From Phoronis australis (Eukaryota > Animalia > Phoronida): a stretch of 64,000 nucleotides of DNA. The stretch lies in the NCBI GenBank assembly GCA_002633005.1, contig NMRA01000512.1, positions 190,540 to 254,539 on the forward strand, read 5' to 3'. Shown piece by piece: positions 51,441-64,000 of the stretch. The notes below the pieces were generated by a model that ran no database searches, was not told where the DNA came from, and saw nothing but the letters and a program-made list of their open reading frames with translations. The translations under genes were made by a program, and so were the position numbers. Position 1 is the first letter of the stretch, and every line of letters starts with the position of its first letter.

Positions 51441-52428
51441 ATGGAACTACTTTTGGCTGAATGGATGACCAGGCCATAAAATGATAATTAGCCAAGACCA
51501 GTTAAGTAATGCATCAAAGAAAAATGTCGTAGCATCTCCTAGCCTTGGTGGAAAGCTGTATACTGACTATTGGCTCTAATAAACGCTTAGAAAAATTCAT
51601 TTCACGGGGAGGGGACGCTTATTGTAGCCTAAAGTAGTTGAAACCCAGTTTTCGAAACGGGTAAAATTGGAAGCTAGGATTCATCAAATTTACACTCTGT
51701 GACGTATTTGTAGCCTATGACAGTCTTTCTATCAAACTGCGTTGTTCAATTACGATCATTTTTCAAAAAATTGTGCTGAAATTCCTGAGGGCAAAAACTT
51801 GCCGACTGATACATCGCTGAATCGTGATCGTCAGTAGGAAAACTTGAATTCTTGAATAAAAATATAGTTTCGACTCAACAAATTACCTGAAATCTTCCTT
51901 ATGTTTTACAATTTTTAAAGTTCATGTGGAGTCCAGATTAATTAATTGCTATTCAGTCCAAATCTGCGCTACATCATACCCCACAACACGAGAAAAATCT
52001 GTGGATGAACACTGAACACACATGTTGTTGTCACGTGACATTTGTTTTGAAGTTCGTCTGTGTATGAGAGTGAGTGCATGTGTGGGTCATCGACGACAGA
52101 CTTTTTTGTTACAAAAGGCAGAGGATTATGCAAGAAAATGGCATTTACTAGATTGTTTTTCACTTACACAGCTGCAACGTGCAAGGCGAGTGCCGGTTAA
52201 CTCACAGATTTTGTGTGCACAGGCCGACGGTCGTTTAAGCTCTACCGTGGAGTAAAACGAGCCAATCTTATGTAGTGGGAATGTTTATAGAATGGTGGGG
52301 ATTGAATACCCACTCCAAGCTGAAAAAGGTCATATGAAATTATTAGTGTATTTTGGAGTGATGTATAGGTCTGTTGATGCGCTGGAAACCAATGGTGAGT
52401 CTACAGAATGCAGAATATTTACTTTCAG

Positions 52429-52505
52429 ATTGTGAAGATTGCAATATGGAATACTTGGGTGATTGTCCAGAACATGGTCCTCTATGTGTTGTAGAAGACA
52501 CCCAT
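52429..52505 (+). CDS. PRDM9: PRDM9 coding exon 6 (pre-SET zinc knuckle)
   Basis: tttcag|YCEDCNMEYLGDCPEHGPLCVVEDTH|gtgagt; CxxC..CxxHGP. Confidence 0.92.
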
Positions 52506-54646
52506 GTGAGTTGAATATAGTTCATTTGGCAGCAAACCTTGGTGAAATTCAGCCAGTTTACCACACACTTAATTGCCCCAAGTTTATTACCCATCTCATT
52601 ATGCACCCGCGCTGTGGAATGAGATCCCGATTGACTGATCGGTCAGTCGGGATACAGCGGTATGTGTCGTTATCAGTTTTGCCGTGGTAAACCAGTGTTT
52701 ACTTAGTCCAGCTCTCTTAATTATTGTCTGCTTTCATCTGATAAGCTAATGTAATCTAGCAATTATGTTGTATGTAAACAGTGCGCCTGACGCTAAGCGA
52801 TATTTAAAAATGATATTTGCAAACGACTTTCAACAAATGTTGTGAAGCAGATGTGTTTTTTATGATACTCTTTCACCAAAAAACTTCGAATGGAGAAAAA
52901 TGGTTGAATAGTAGAGAAATTGGTTCATTCCTTTGGGTGACTGCATGTAAGCTCTGACCAGCTTAACCACAGAATTGTGTACCAACACAAAAGGTGTGCT
53001 TGACTAGTTTAATTGAGCGTGATTCTAGATTAGATCCTGATAGTGGAAATTTGTTGATTTTTACACTCCAGGCGAATGGTAGGTAATGTGTTGTCCAAAA
53101 TCTAATGCACTAAATTCACTGTGTATGATCTATTTGTCCAGCTCAGCACAAGATAACTGACAGGACACCTAACTTTCCTTGGTCAAGAGGTCATACACAA
53201 CCGTTGCTATAGTGACGGAACATTATGAGCATTGTGATGATTTCTGGTGAATAACATCACCAAGAAGCATGTGATTTTAGTCAAACTTCTTTAAAGTTCC
53301 AGAATGGCACTCAGAAAAGGTACACATTTTCTGGAAGTAAGAAGATTGTTGTAGAATTGGATTTTCTATTTAATACATATCTATCTTCATGTGCTTTTAC
53401 CAAAATTTAAAAAAAAACATGTTTCAGCAAGGGCCTCTTACTGGCTCCTATGTTTCAGAAAAGATCAAGGTTTATCAGCATGGCATCACATACGTATACA
53501 TGATCAACTCTGAAAGTCAGTCTTCCAAAGTGTTTTTTTTATTTTATGAAATCAATCTTTTCATAAAAATCATGAAAGCCTCAATTTTTGATGGTGTCTT
53601 ATTCAAAAAAAGGCCCGTTTAAAAATCAGCCTGGAGAACAATGTCAATTAGCCAAGTGTAGTACCTGACAGGTACATTTGATTCAGATTAGCTGTTTCCC
53701 CGATACGATGTTGGCAAAATATAGAATTTTCATCACCCACAACTATTAAAGAGGTATGGAACGCGAAAGCTCGTCAAAACAAATCATATTGGAAGTGCCA
53801 ATTTTGAAATACGCGCGAAAGAGAAAACTCTGTGGTTACCACAGAGTTGTTAACCTCTCTCTCTCCCACTTATGATGAATGCAGGTATGCCGTCACTGTC
53901 AGTTGCTGGAAGTTGGTTGAGGTGAAAGGTCACATTTTACATGTAAGGACTTGTGCCTGTTGAGCAGGTGGAATTCTACTTCAGTGACAGCTCTAGAGAA
54001 CCACTTTCAGTATTGCAATTTAGTCTGCTTATTGTGTTCCAGACCCCTTCAAGCTAGACATGAGCTTTTATAACTTGGAGGTAAAGATTGATATTGAAAA
54101 GTACAGCATGAACACCTGAACCATTAATCTGCAGGCAAATTTGGATTTAAAATTTTCCAATTAGAAAACAGTGTGATGTGACATTTAAAATATTTTTACA
54201 AACATAACAGTTGTCTCGGCAAAAGTGAGGATAGCATACTAAGTTTATAAACACAAGAACATTTACTTTCTAAATCATTGTGAGCACAGGTCATGTACTG
54301 GATGTAATAAAATGCAGTACTGAATAAATCCTTTCTTAATATGGACATATACAAAAACAGAACAAAACAGTATATATTTGAGTGCTGTATAAGCTGTGGA
54401 ACCTGTCCAAAATTACCAGGGACCATTATCCTAAATAAACAGTTTCACACAGCATAAATAAGAAAATTGCTGCTGGGGCTGCTATGCAATTACTAACTAT
54501 TGTGTATTACACAATATACGACACTTCATGGAAACTTGCATATGTGTTATATATCTATGAAATAAAAAGTAAAATATCTACAAAAATACAACAGATCACA
54601 AATATACGGTAGCCCCACATTATCCTCAACATCTCTGCAATTGTAA

Positions 54647-55200
54647 TACCGTATTTGCCGTAATAACCACCCAGGGCGCTTAGAAAAGTTCGTTTCAGGA
54701 GGGGGGCGCTTACCCAAGGCCGTTGAAACCCGGTCTCCGAAACGGGTGAAATCTGAAGCTAAGATTCACCATATTTACGCTCTGTGACGTATCTGTAACC
54801 TATGAAAAGACTTTCTACAAAACCGTGGTGCATATCAGACTTTTTTTTGCTGCTAAATTACGATCATTTTACAGAAAATTGTGCTGAAATTCCAGGGCGA
54901 AAACTCGCCGACTGCCTGTCTCGCAATCGTCGATATGGCGACTTGAATGCTTGAATAATGCAGTTTCGACTCAAGCAAATTACCTAAAATCCTACTTACT
55001 TTTTCCAAGTAGCGTCCCTAAGATTTTTAAGTTCCCGTGGAGTCAGGATCACGGCAGGTTTATGTACAAATCTGTGCTAGTACATCATGCATCTACATGT
55101 ATGATTGGCAACATGAGAAAAATGTCTGGACGAACACACATGTTGTTGTCACGTGACGTTTGTTTTGAAGTTTTCTGCGAGAAGGGAGCGCGTGCGTGTC
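54647..55200 (+). mobile_element. Dispersed non-autonomous element (TA-CCGTATT start, mariner-MITE-like); relatives at ~49157-49384 and ~51559-52100
   Basis: Shared ttgaaaccc.gtt..c.aaacgggt.aaat..gaagcta.gattca..a.atttac.ctctgtgacgtat block in three places; right end not resolved. Confidence 0.6.
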
Positions 55201-56558
55201 ACCAGAGTTCATTTGCCAGAACAGATACCGTCTTTTGGCCACAGAGCCACGCAATCTAACGAGCTAGATGTGCATTGTATCAAAGAAATTTGCACAAGCA
55301 GTAGGCCTAAACCAAAGCGATGGCCGGATGTTTCATTCAGCACAAATGCCGGTCTCATGTCGCTAAAAACGTTCAACATTTGTCTCGGTAAGGCCATATA
55401 GTCGCCGTGTGGCTGGATGCGGCACTTATTTTTCGGTGTAAGGGTGTGTAGGCATTCACTGTCAGGGTTCATTTTATCGGATATTTGGCTTAGAAACACC
55501 AATTATGGTTAATCAAACAACTCATCTTAAAAATAACGCAAATATTTTTTATAGTATTAGAAACTGTCGGAAATTAGTGCCAATATTCATTTCTTGCCGA
55601 TGCTATGCTACCCATTTCATGAATGGATAGTTCCCGACTAATGTCTTTGATGACAGGTTCATGTATGTAGCGCGTGCTTCCTGGCCACGTGCTTTTAACA
55701 CTGGCCAAGCTTGTTAGTCTTCGATTCGCGGTTTTCACGTGTAGGCCTACAAAGAAATTTGGATTCCTGTTGAAAGCGGGGCATATCTGAAAAGCAATCC
55801 CGTAGACAAGTACACTACTGTTCTGAAAGGCCAGACCATTGGTCCTCGCAATATCAGCAAAACTTTTGTGTTTGTTTTGAGGCATGGAGGAAGTTTGAAG
55901 TGTATAGTCACGGCTAAATACCGACATAGCAGTGAGGCTCGTGGTCTACAAATTCTGTGCAGAATGATTTTTTCAGGGCTGTCTGATATTATTGATAAAT
56001 TGAAGCCATTGCTGTAGAATTTTAGATTGATCTGTGATGTCAGGAAATGGCAGTTTAAGTCTAAAAAGGTTTTAATGTTGGCATGATGTCATGCTTTATG
56101 CACTATTCTCTAAAACTAAGTTTGTTTTTAATTATTGTACTTATTTCAACGAGAGGCTATCAAAAATGGGACTTTGATGATTTATCTGATAGAAATTAAA
56201 TATTGCATTAAATAAAATCATGATTTATGAAACTGTGACAGTATTGTTCAGATTTCATGTTCATTTCAAACGAAATTAGGTCATGTTACTTCTTTACTGT
56301 GGTTTTGCTATGATTGCAACTTTGTGGCTAAATTTCGCTGAAGATGTGGTAATCGGTGACCTAGCTAACTAATAAGAGATTGGTAAGAACCTGCAAACCA
56401 AATAATAGTAATAAATTAATATATTTCTTAGAATGCTACAGGCTTTCTTAACTTTCAGAATGTATATATTACTTTATTGAGCTAAAGTCTGTTTGTTCTT
56501 GGCTACTAATGTCAATAATGTTGTTACATAACCTTGATTGGGTCATGGTCATTTTCAG

Positions 56559-56756
56559 GTGGCAGAAACCAAAACTAAGAATCGTGCTGATCTTACGTTA
56601 CCGGCCAACTTGGTGATTAAGGAGTCGCGCATAAAAGGAGCGGGACTAGGTGTATGGACCATGAAGAACATACCAAAGAATGTCCGGTTCGGTCCCTACC
56701 GGGGGGACGTGGTTGAGTGCACTGATATTACTAAGGCGTCAGGGTATGGCTGGCAG
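56559..56756 (+). CDS. PRDM9: PRDM9 coding exon 7 (PR/SET N-half)
   Basis: ttttcag|VAETK..TLPANLVIKESRIKGAGLGVW..RFGPYRG..SGYGWQ|gtgggg. Confidence 0.93.
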
Positions 56757-57511
56757 GTGGGGTTACATGATTTCTGTTTTGTATCAGTAACTATAGAATT
56801 AGTCTAGTAAAACTCACATAATCTATCGTGAACCATACTAAAAATTGTTGTATTGGAAAAAATTCCACTGATGTGCATGTTTGTTGTTTGTTTGTTGATA
56901 CATGATCTTTTATTGCTCACGTACACCTTAATATGAGGGAATAAATTTGTTAATTATGCGCACACTCCATTTGTGTGCAAATCTTGACACTCGCTCTTTG
57001 TATAGTGCACCCCATTTTACGTTTTCGCCACCAGACTTTGTATCGTTCAGAGTCATAACCTATTTGAGCTTAACCAATAGCATTTCTGAATTCGTTGTCA
57101 AATACTGATCATGTTCCGTTTTTGAATCGCCAAAATCGCCCAACTACAAAAGAAGTTAAGACAATCTATTCTGTCCAAACGGATTACCAAAGCACTGGGT
57201 TTGACTGTGTTCATACACGTTTGGTAATAGCGTGCAACCACTGCATACGTTTCCTTTGAAGCCTGGGAGATAATTGGCCTGCTTGTATCATACGGGACAA
57301 AAGACTGAGCTGGGCAGTTAACAAAAGAGTCCGATCGCACGTTCAGCTCCTCATGTCTGGAAAAGTTACTAAAAGACAGAACGCTGTAATGTATTTGGCT
57401 TATTCAAATATCATTCTGTTTGGAACATACCCAGAAAACATCTTCTGTTCTTGATGTCTCTTGAAGCTGGAACTAATGTTTGCTCATAACATAATGTGTT
57501 CTCACCTACAG

Positions 57512-57758
57512 CTGTATGAGTCTGGTCAACCATCCAAGTACATTGATGGCAAGAACCTGGAGACGTCCAACTGGCTGAGATATGTGAACTGTGCTCGCAC
57601 AGAAGCTGAACAGAACCTCGTGGCCTTCCAGTTCAGAGGCAACATCTATTATAGGACGTTCAAGGCCATCCCAGTGGGAACTGAGCTTCTTGTGTGGTAT
57701 GGAGAGGAATATGGAAAAGAATTGGGGATCTCTATGGACAAGTTTTACAAGAGTAAAG
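57512..57758 (+). CDS. PRDM9: PRDM9 coding exon 8 (PR/SET C-half)
   Basis: ctacag|[58 protein letters not shown]|gtattt. Confidence 0.95.
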
Positions 57759-58391
57759 GTATTTATAGCTGGCCATTACATATGGATGTTGAACTTGACA
57801 CATTTTGTTTGTCTTTGTATTTTAGCAGCTCAGTATTGCTCTCACTTGGTGACGGTCTTGTAATGAGACAAAATATTTCCTGTGCCTCTGTCAGCGTTTG
57901 CTTTACCAATGCTCTGATGGGAGGCCAACCCCTGTGATTTACAAGTGTCACTTAAAAGTGGGGGTGTGGGTGTGTGTGTGTGTGCGCGCGTGTTTTATGA
58001 ATAATTAACGGTGTTTGTATGAGGTTAAATGGACTATTTCATTTTGTGCTGGAAAATTTCAACTCCTGCTTGTTTACTTCCTGTACTATATACGGGTGAT
58101 CAAATGTGTGCCTGGCAAATTTGTGGTAACTTGATATATTTACCGGGTCGCCAAATGAAATCTGAGGTTGCTTGACCAACCTATTGGTTGCCACATTGCC
58201 TCCTGAATCTTGTGCTTGCTAGAAGGGAATTAGGATAAAAAACATTTCAAGTCCTGGCCATGGTTGCACTTTGAGTTTTGATTTGTCATAACTTGCCTTG
58301 CAATGATATAGTTTTGGACAAAGAAAACTCCTGTCTCTGCACAAGACACTACCATTTTGAGTTTGATATCTTTCGTTTAATGTAATTACAG

Positions 58392-59326
58392 CTACCATTA
58401 ACAAAGGCTCTACCAGCAATGGGAGAGCAGTCACCAAATGTTGGCGCTGTGACTTCACCACCACAGACTACTCACAATATAGACGGCATGCCACGACAGC
58501 TCACGTTGTCAACAGATACATCAAGTGCCAACAGTGCGGCCTACGGTTCAGGTCTGTCAGCAGCTTCAAGTATCATATAACTGTGTGTAATGATGAAGAG
58601 GGTTTGTCGTCATCCACCAAGTCTGAAAACCATACAGATGCGTATGGTTTGTTGGAATCAAAATCACAAAGGATTGACCGCCTAGGAAGCATTGACTATT
58701 TCAGTGTAGTTTTACAAGAAATTGAAAACTTAAATGATTTTACATGTGACGTACGTGGCAATAACTTGAGTACAACATGCAATAAACTAGTAAGAAAGTC
58801 CAGCAAATGTGACACAAGGCTTTGGGTTGGGAAGAAAACAAGGGTATTCAGGGGAGAGCGAGGTGAAGCTTGTAAAAATTCAAATCTCCCACGTAGGAAG
58901 CCTATTAAGTGTCAACAGTGTGGTGCTGGGTTTGCAACGTCTAGTGACTTACAAACACACATGCGTACTCACACAGGTGAGAAGCCCTACAAGTGTCAAC
59001 AGTGTGGTGCTGGGTTTGCAAGGTCTAGTAACTTACAAACACACATGCGTACTCACACAGGTGAGAAGCCCTACAAGTGTCAACAGTGTGAGGCTGGGTT
59101 TGCAACGTCTAGTAACTTACAAACTCACATGCGTATTCACACAGGTGAGAAGCCCTACAAGTGTCAACAGTGTGATGCTGGGTTTGCAACGTCTAGTAAC
59201 TTACAAACACACATGCGTACTCACACAGGTGAGAAGCCCTACAAGTGTCAACAGTGTTATGTTACATACACCAGTAACCGAAGCCTTAAGTCACACATGT
59301 TGAAAACACATGCTGATGAGGACTAG
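58392..59326 (+). CDS. PRDM9: PRDM9 last exon (post-SET zinc fingers + C2H2 array)
   Basis: ttacag| open frame to TAG 59326: CWRC..HATTAH, CQQC..HITVC, spacer, then five C2H2 fingers with TGEKPY linkers; AATAAA at ~59686 and ~59782. Confidence 0.93.
58907..59311 (+). repeat. 84-bp coding minisatellite (4 near-identical zinc-finger units + divergent terminal finger)
   Basis: Units start at 58907, 58991, 59075, 59159 and 59243 (aagtgtcaacagtgt...). Confidence 0.95.
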
Positions 59327-61734
59327 ACATGTCTATATGTATGTAATGATAGAAACCTAAGTGGTACTTAACTTACTTGATACTTTAGAAAGACTGAAAA
59401 TAATTTGATGTCTTGTTGCTGAAGACCGATTCAGCTTTAATTAAGATTTCCACAATGTGACGTAATTCTACATATTTACCCGAACGTATACAAGATTGTT
59501 TTTACTGAGTGCATGGGAATTAGGATACCTGTGCGTAGTATATGCTGTTTTGTGAGCAACAAGTCCTGTGTATTCTGTGACTACACTATCTCACTGTCAC
59601 AGTATAGGTTTAGGTTACACAGGAGAGGGAACCGTCTACAAATATTCCGGCACCTATTGCTGTCATCAATCAAACTTTGCCCGATAAATAAAATTGATTG
59701 ACAATTTATTTTGGTCTGAAATTGTTTTTCTCTTCAAGACTAACAAAACAAAACATTGCTTGGTAGGTAAATAGCCTCGTAAATAAACATTTGCAATATC
59801 TTTTGTTGTGAATAATCAAATTCTAAATTTTCTTGAGAAGGAACTTCTCTGAATATCCCTGTAGGTTCCCTACCCTCATCTTGCTACACAAATTCCTCTA
59901 ACACTGAAATCTCATTCACTTGATAGTCTGCCATTTTCTGGTTGTAACTCGGCTGTTTTTATTTTGTTGTCTGATTTTTATGCGTGATTTCACTAGGCAT
60001 AGATACCAGGGTGGAGTTTCGTAGGCCAAGGGTCTTCAGGCCAGTGAAAGGCGAGTGGTTTGCAAGCATGCTTCTGAGAACTGTTGAGATTGAGGCACTG
60101 AAGGGATGGTTGAATGTTGAATTATGTGATTGAATTCATAAGTTATGGAACAGATTATTTCTTCGTTTCTATTATTTTATAAGTACAAGATGTGGCATGT
60201 TGTACTAGTCGTCCATTTGTTGGTCATTGTTAATAGATTCTTTGAAGCTCGTTTAGCGAGGATGCTCGAGAGAGGTTTGTTAGAATTTTATTATATATTT
60301 TAAAAGTTTGTGTCTTCTAGTTTGTGACAAATTCCCAATATTTATTGTTGATATGATGCTGTTTTGATTGTTATATCGTTGGTGTTGAACATTATCCTTA
60401 TTTCCCTATGCGCAGAACGAGTCGCTTAAAGACCTTTAGATAACTTTTCATCATTCCATGCTCTTTCTGTAAAAAAATGAATCTAAGCTTCGCCAATGCT
60501 AGCTTTAAAATGTGTTTTCACGCAACAAAAATCCTACTATTCTCATCTTAGCTTTTTGTTCGCTCATGATTGGTGTCATACCAGTTCATTTTCACTGAAA
60601 CGCTAGCGTTCTTGACTTCTCCTTCGGTGTAACTTCAAGGGTCACTTTTATTTGTACTTTTCATCGGACAAATGATCGTGTTGTCTGAGGCTCGAAGAAA
60701 CACCCCGGTGAAGAAAAATCGACGCCACCGATTTTGCTCATGAGGAAATGTGTTATAATGTTGTTTTTGTTGTTTAATACATCTTTATTAATTGTTATTC
60801 AAATGATGTGTTGTTTTAGATTGTGTTCTGTGCCATATCAGTCAAATTGTGGGAAACATTCAGGCGGCATTTGAATATCGATGCATTAATATACTGAAAA
60901 CTTTAGTTACCTCAGCTGTAACCAAACAAAAACTCGCGACGCTCAGGGTTTTTGGTATGGCGTGGAGTATCATCGCAACGTACGATATATGATGAGCCAA
61001 TTTCACATTTCGATGGTTTGGCGTGGCGATGAGAAAAGCCCTCAAAAAATAGAAATTCCCGCTTACAACGTAACAATTGGCATTTATAATTATATTAAAC
61101 AAACCTTTTGTGGGATGTCCATCAAATCGATTAAAACAATAGTTTCTGTCTGACTGAAGTAGCATAGGCTATATTTTGACAGTTTTGGGAAAGTGTGACA
61201 AACGAATGTTAGATGCGTTAAAGAAAGGCTAAGCGACTACTAATCCTGCGCTTGAGTGAAAAGTGAAATTTCAAGGTAGCAATTTTTATCACAGAATCTA
61301 TAATTACGTTTACGTAAGTTAATGAATACACCAAAGCATTTCAATTACCAAAACATGTACACGCACTACAATATCATACAGTATGTATTCAAGCCAATGT
61401 GTTGAAATAGCACTGACGTCCGTTTCAACTTTACAACGATAACCAACTCCCAATGTTCCCAATGTTTAAAAAGCGACAATCAAACCCAGGTTCGGTTGAA
61501 TTACTTACCGCTATCAATTTAATCTCAACTTGTTTCTCACAAAAAACGAAGCGATTTTGGTCTTGCAAAGAGTTGACATTTCGCTGTTTCTCAAGACTTT
61601 GGCGAATAAACTGACACGAAAGCAGACTTGAGGGATCTGAGACCAAGTTCATAATGGTAATGTACGTCCAAATTTAAGTTTGTGGGTGATCCGTATGAAG
61701 GTTTCAGATGCTGTGCTTTATGCACTGTTCGTTA

Positions 61735-61860
61735 GAAATTAGAAATCGTTTAAAAAATGCTCCACGCTTGTACGAAGGGATATTAAAAAAAGGACTTTGA
61801 ATTTCGTAAAGTCCTATTTTTAATATCCCTTGGAGCATTGTTTAAACGATTTTTAATTTC
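61735..61860. repeat. ~125-bp imperfect palindrome (foldback)
   Basis: 61735-61764 pairs with 61831-61860 and 61775-61798 with 61808-61831; 9-nt loop. Confidence 0.85.
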
Positions 61861-64000
61861 AGACTCCATCCTGAACATTTACATTAAAATTTTTCGGTAA
61901 AATTTTGATACCGTTATTGATGCTATTGATGCATCTTTCTTTTTGATGAATTTTTCTGAAAACGCGTTCACGTGACCAGATTAATGTCAGATTGGTGAAA
62001 TTCAAAAATCGAATTGCACACTTTCTTCTTTCAAAAGTAACCTACCTTTACCGAGTTATCTTCCATAATTTTGTCGATGTGTTGGTAAATACACAGATGT
62101 CGACGAGGTTGTGCGTAGACCCTAGACCTAATCATTTTTGTGACTCAGATGGTGGCTTCACAGTCGCTCCAACTTTACAAATTCATAGATTTCTAGGGCC
62201 AGGGTTTAATCTCCGAACTGAGCCTTGAAGGGGACTCGAAACTATTACCAGTCATGTCGCATTATTCGAGTACAAATTTGTAGATCCCCACGAAGCAAGC
62301 CATGCAATTGACCAGTTTTTGAGCTGAGTGCAAAGATTAGCCAGGGTCCAGGTATTGAGGTGTTGCGTTCATTGTATAATAATTCCTTAAGTCATATTTA
62401 ACTTTTAAAGTGTTTTAATTTTGCAAATAGAACAGAATCGTCTAGTATTAGTTGTTTCAGCAACTTTTGTATGGTATCAAGTACCTCACTTGAACGATGA
62501 TTCGTTGACGTTGAAAATTTAAATTCCATGGTTTTAATCAAATGTTAATAGAATTGCTACGTTCTTTTATTTGCAAACTTTACCCTGAATCTTTGTTTTC
62601 ATTATCTTAGATTGATCTTGAATTGTTTGGAATTGGATTTTCACAGTTTTGATTTTTCCAACATAGAGGTCACTGACAAAGTCTTACAACTACGCCTTTC
62701 CTGTTAACACGGTTAAATTCGTGGTATCAGAACGTTACATGTGCTAGAGAAACATAATCCAAGAAAATTCACGCTGGGCATGCGCAAGGAACTAAACCGA
62801 AGAAATAACGTCATACGTATAAATGCGTTGATTTTCTGTCATTAAAGTTTTACACAATAGATACCGCTACGAACGGTAAGTATTGAAGCCAAAGTAATAT
62901 GCACACTGGGATCGCCGCTACGTAACATTAAACGCTTTTTTAAGAGTCACCGCACATACAGTATTTTGATGTTTTTACTTTTGTTTCTAGTGTCAGTGAA
63001 TTTGGTAGTTCCATAAATTCATTCATACCTGCGGCACCGGGCGCACGTGTAACCTGTTGATAGCTACATTCTTGCTTCAATGGTCAAGTAGTTTAATCAA
63101 TTCTTTTTGCAAGCTGTTGCGAGTTGAATTAAATTTCCTTAATTTAGGCAGACAGAGAAAGGTCCGCGCAATTTAACCCCATTTACGGAAAACGCTAGAT
63201 TAGAATGGGTTTTGCACAAAGTTGCTGTGGTCAATAAGTGTCAAGTCATTCCAAGATTGGATTGTCAATTAAAAAACCTACACAGTTATTATTCCCTACT
63301 ATGCAATGTAATGGGCCTACTATGTTCACGGGCTTTTGAGAAAGCAGGATCAAGGTAATCAATTTGGTCAGGTTCAAACAAAATCAACATCTAGATGGAT
63401 ATGAAGAGCTTGATAGGCCCCCACGAAAGCTTACTGCTTTTCGAAATAGCCACGCCATGTTAAAATTCACTAGCATCACGTCTTTGGTGGATAGGCTTAC
63501 AGCGCCATCTACATATACGATTTAATGCTGACGGGAGGTTTCAACCTTTTGTTATAAACAGCGTTTTAACAAGTTGCTGCTGTCGGATTGCCGGCAAGTT
63601 TTCATTGATGTGCGGTGAAATATACTAGTGGATTATAGAAAGGCAAACCTCAAGAAATGGATGAAGGACAATGTGTTCCATGCAATGTCCAATGGAGAGA
63701 AGTATTCGGGGCTGCTACTACTATAGTAGCGAGTTTTATTGCTCTTGAGCAACAGTATCAAAATGCGCCCCCCGGTGTGTCTTTGCCGACGAAAAAAAAA
63801 ACGTTTTTGACAAAAAGTATTTATATATGTGAACATTGTTTTCATGAAAACATTTTTATGTTTTTACACATAGTGATAAACTGTTGCGAGCCTTTCCCTG
63901 GGTAAATTTGTTAAAACTCACCCTTTCCCAAGTTGCCACGGAAACATGCACGCGCAATAACTGAAACACCGTTCTGAAACAAACCCTTTTCATGTTTTAT

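Larger units (their letters stand above)
44606..59326 (+). other. PRDM9: Complete PRDM9 (Meisetz)-like gene, 9 coding exons, 2004-nt CDS, ~667 aa
   Basis: Exons splice in frame to give KRAB - SSXRD - zinc knuckle - PR/SET - post-SET ZF - tandem C2H2 array, the diagnostic PRDM9 architecture. Confidence 0.93.

Noticed and set aside
58809-59303. 164-aa overlapping ORF in an alternate frame of the ZF array
   Set aside because: Shadow frame of the 84-bp repeat; no independent evidence of coding.
62760-63905. Start of another gene (GCATGCGCA motif, donor-like G|gtaagt at 62876, 82-aa ORF)
   Set aside because: No recognisable protein similarity or consistent exon chain within the window.

Overview
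AT-rich, intron- and repeat-rich animal genomic DNA. An invertebrate source is inferred from gene structure and repeat content and is not provable here. Three protein-coding units were reconstructed by hand-splicing GT-AG exons with consistent phases. (1) A SMYD3-like SET-MYND methyltransferase on the minus strand: 8 exons from ATG 39678 down to 5629; the 3' exons were not found. (2) A complete PRDM9-like gene on the plus strand, head-to-head with it: 9 coding exons, 44606-59326, about 667 aa, with ancestral KRAB, SSXRD, zinc knuckle, PR/SET retaining all three catalytic Tyr, a post-SET finger and an 84-bp minisatellite-like C2H2 array. (3) An apparently intact 6.4-kb hAT transposon (30006-36389; 15-bp TIRs, 5-bp TSD TGAGG) in SMYD3 intron 1. 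Its spliced ~1156-aa transposase carries an N-terminal OTU/vertnin-like cysteine protease domain with Asp/Cys/His intact and a canonical PIP box. The remainder holds MITEs with 5-, 6- and 8-bp TSDs, tRNA-derived SINE-like repeats, decayed LINEs, minisatellites (two of them amplified SMYD3 splice-donor junctions) and a probable uncollapsed-haplotype duplication at the N at 49385. Most short ORFs in the supplied track are spurious.
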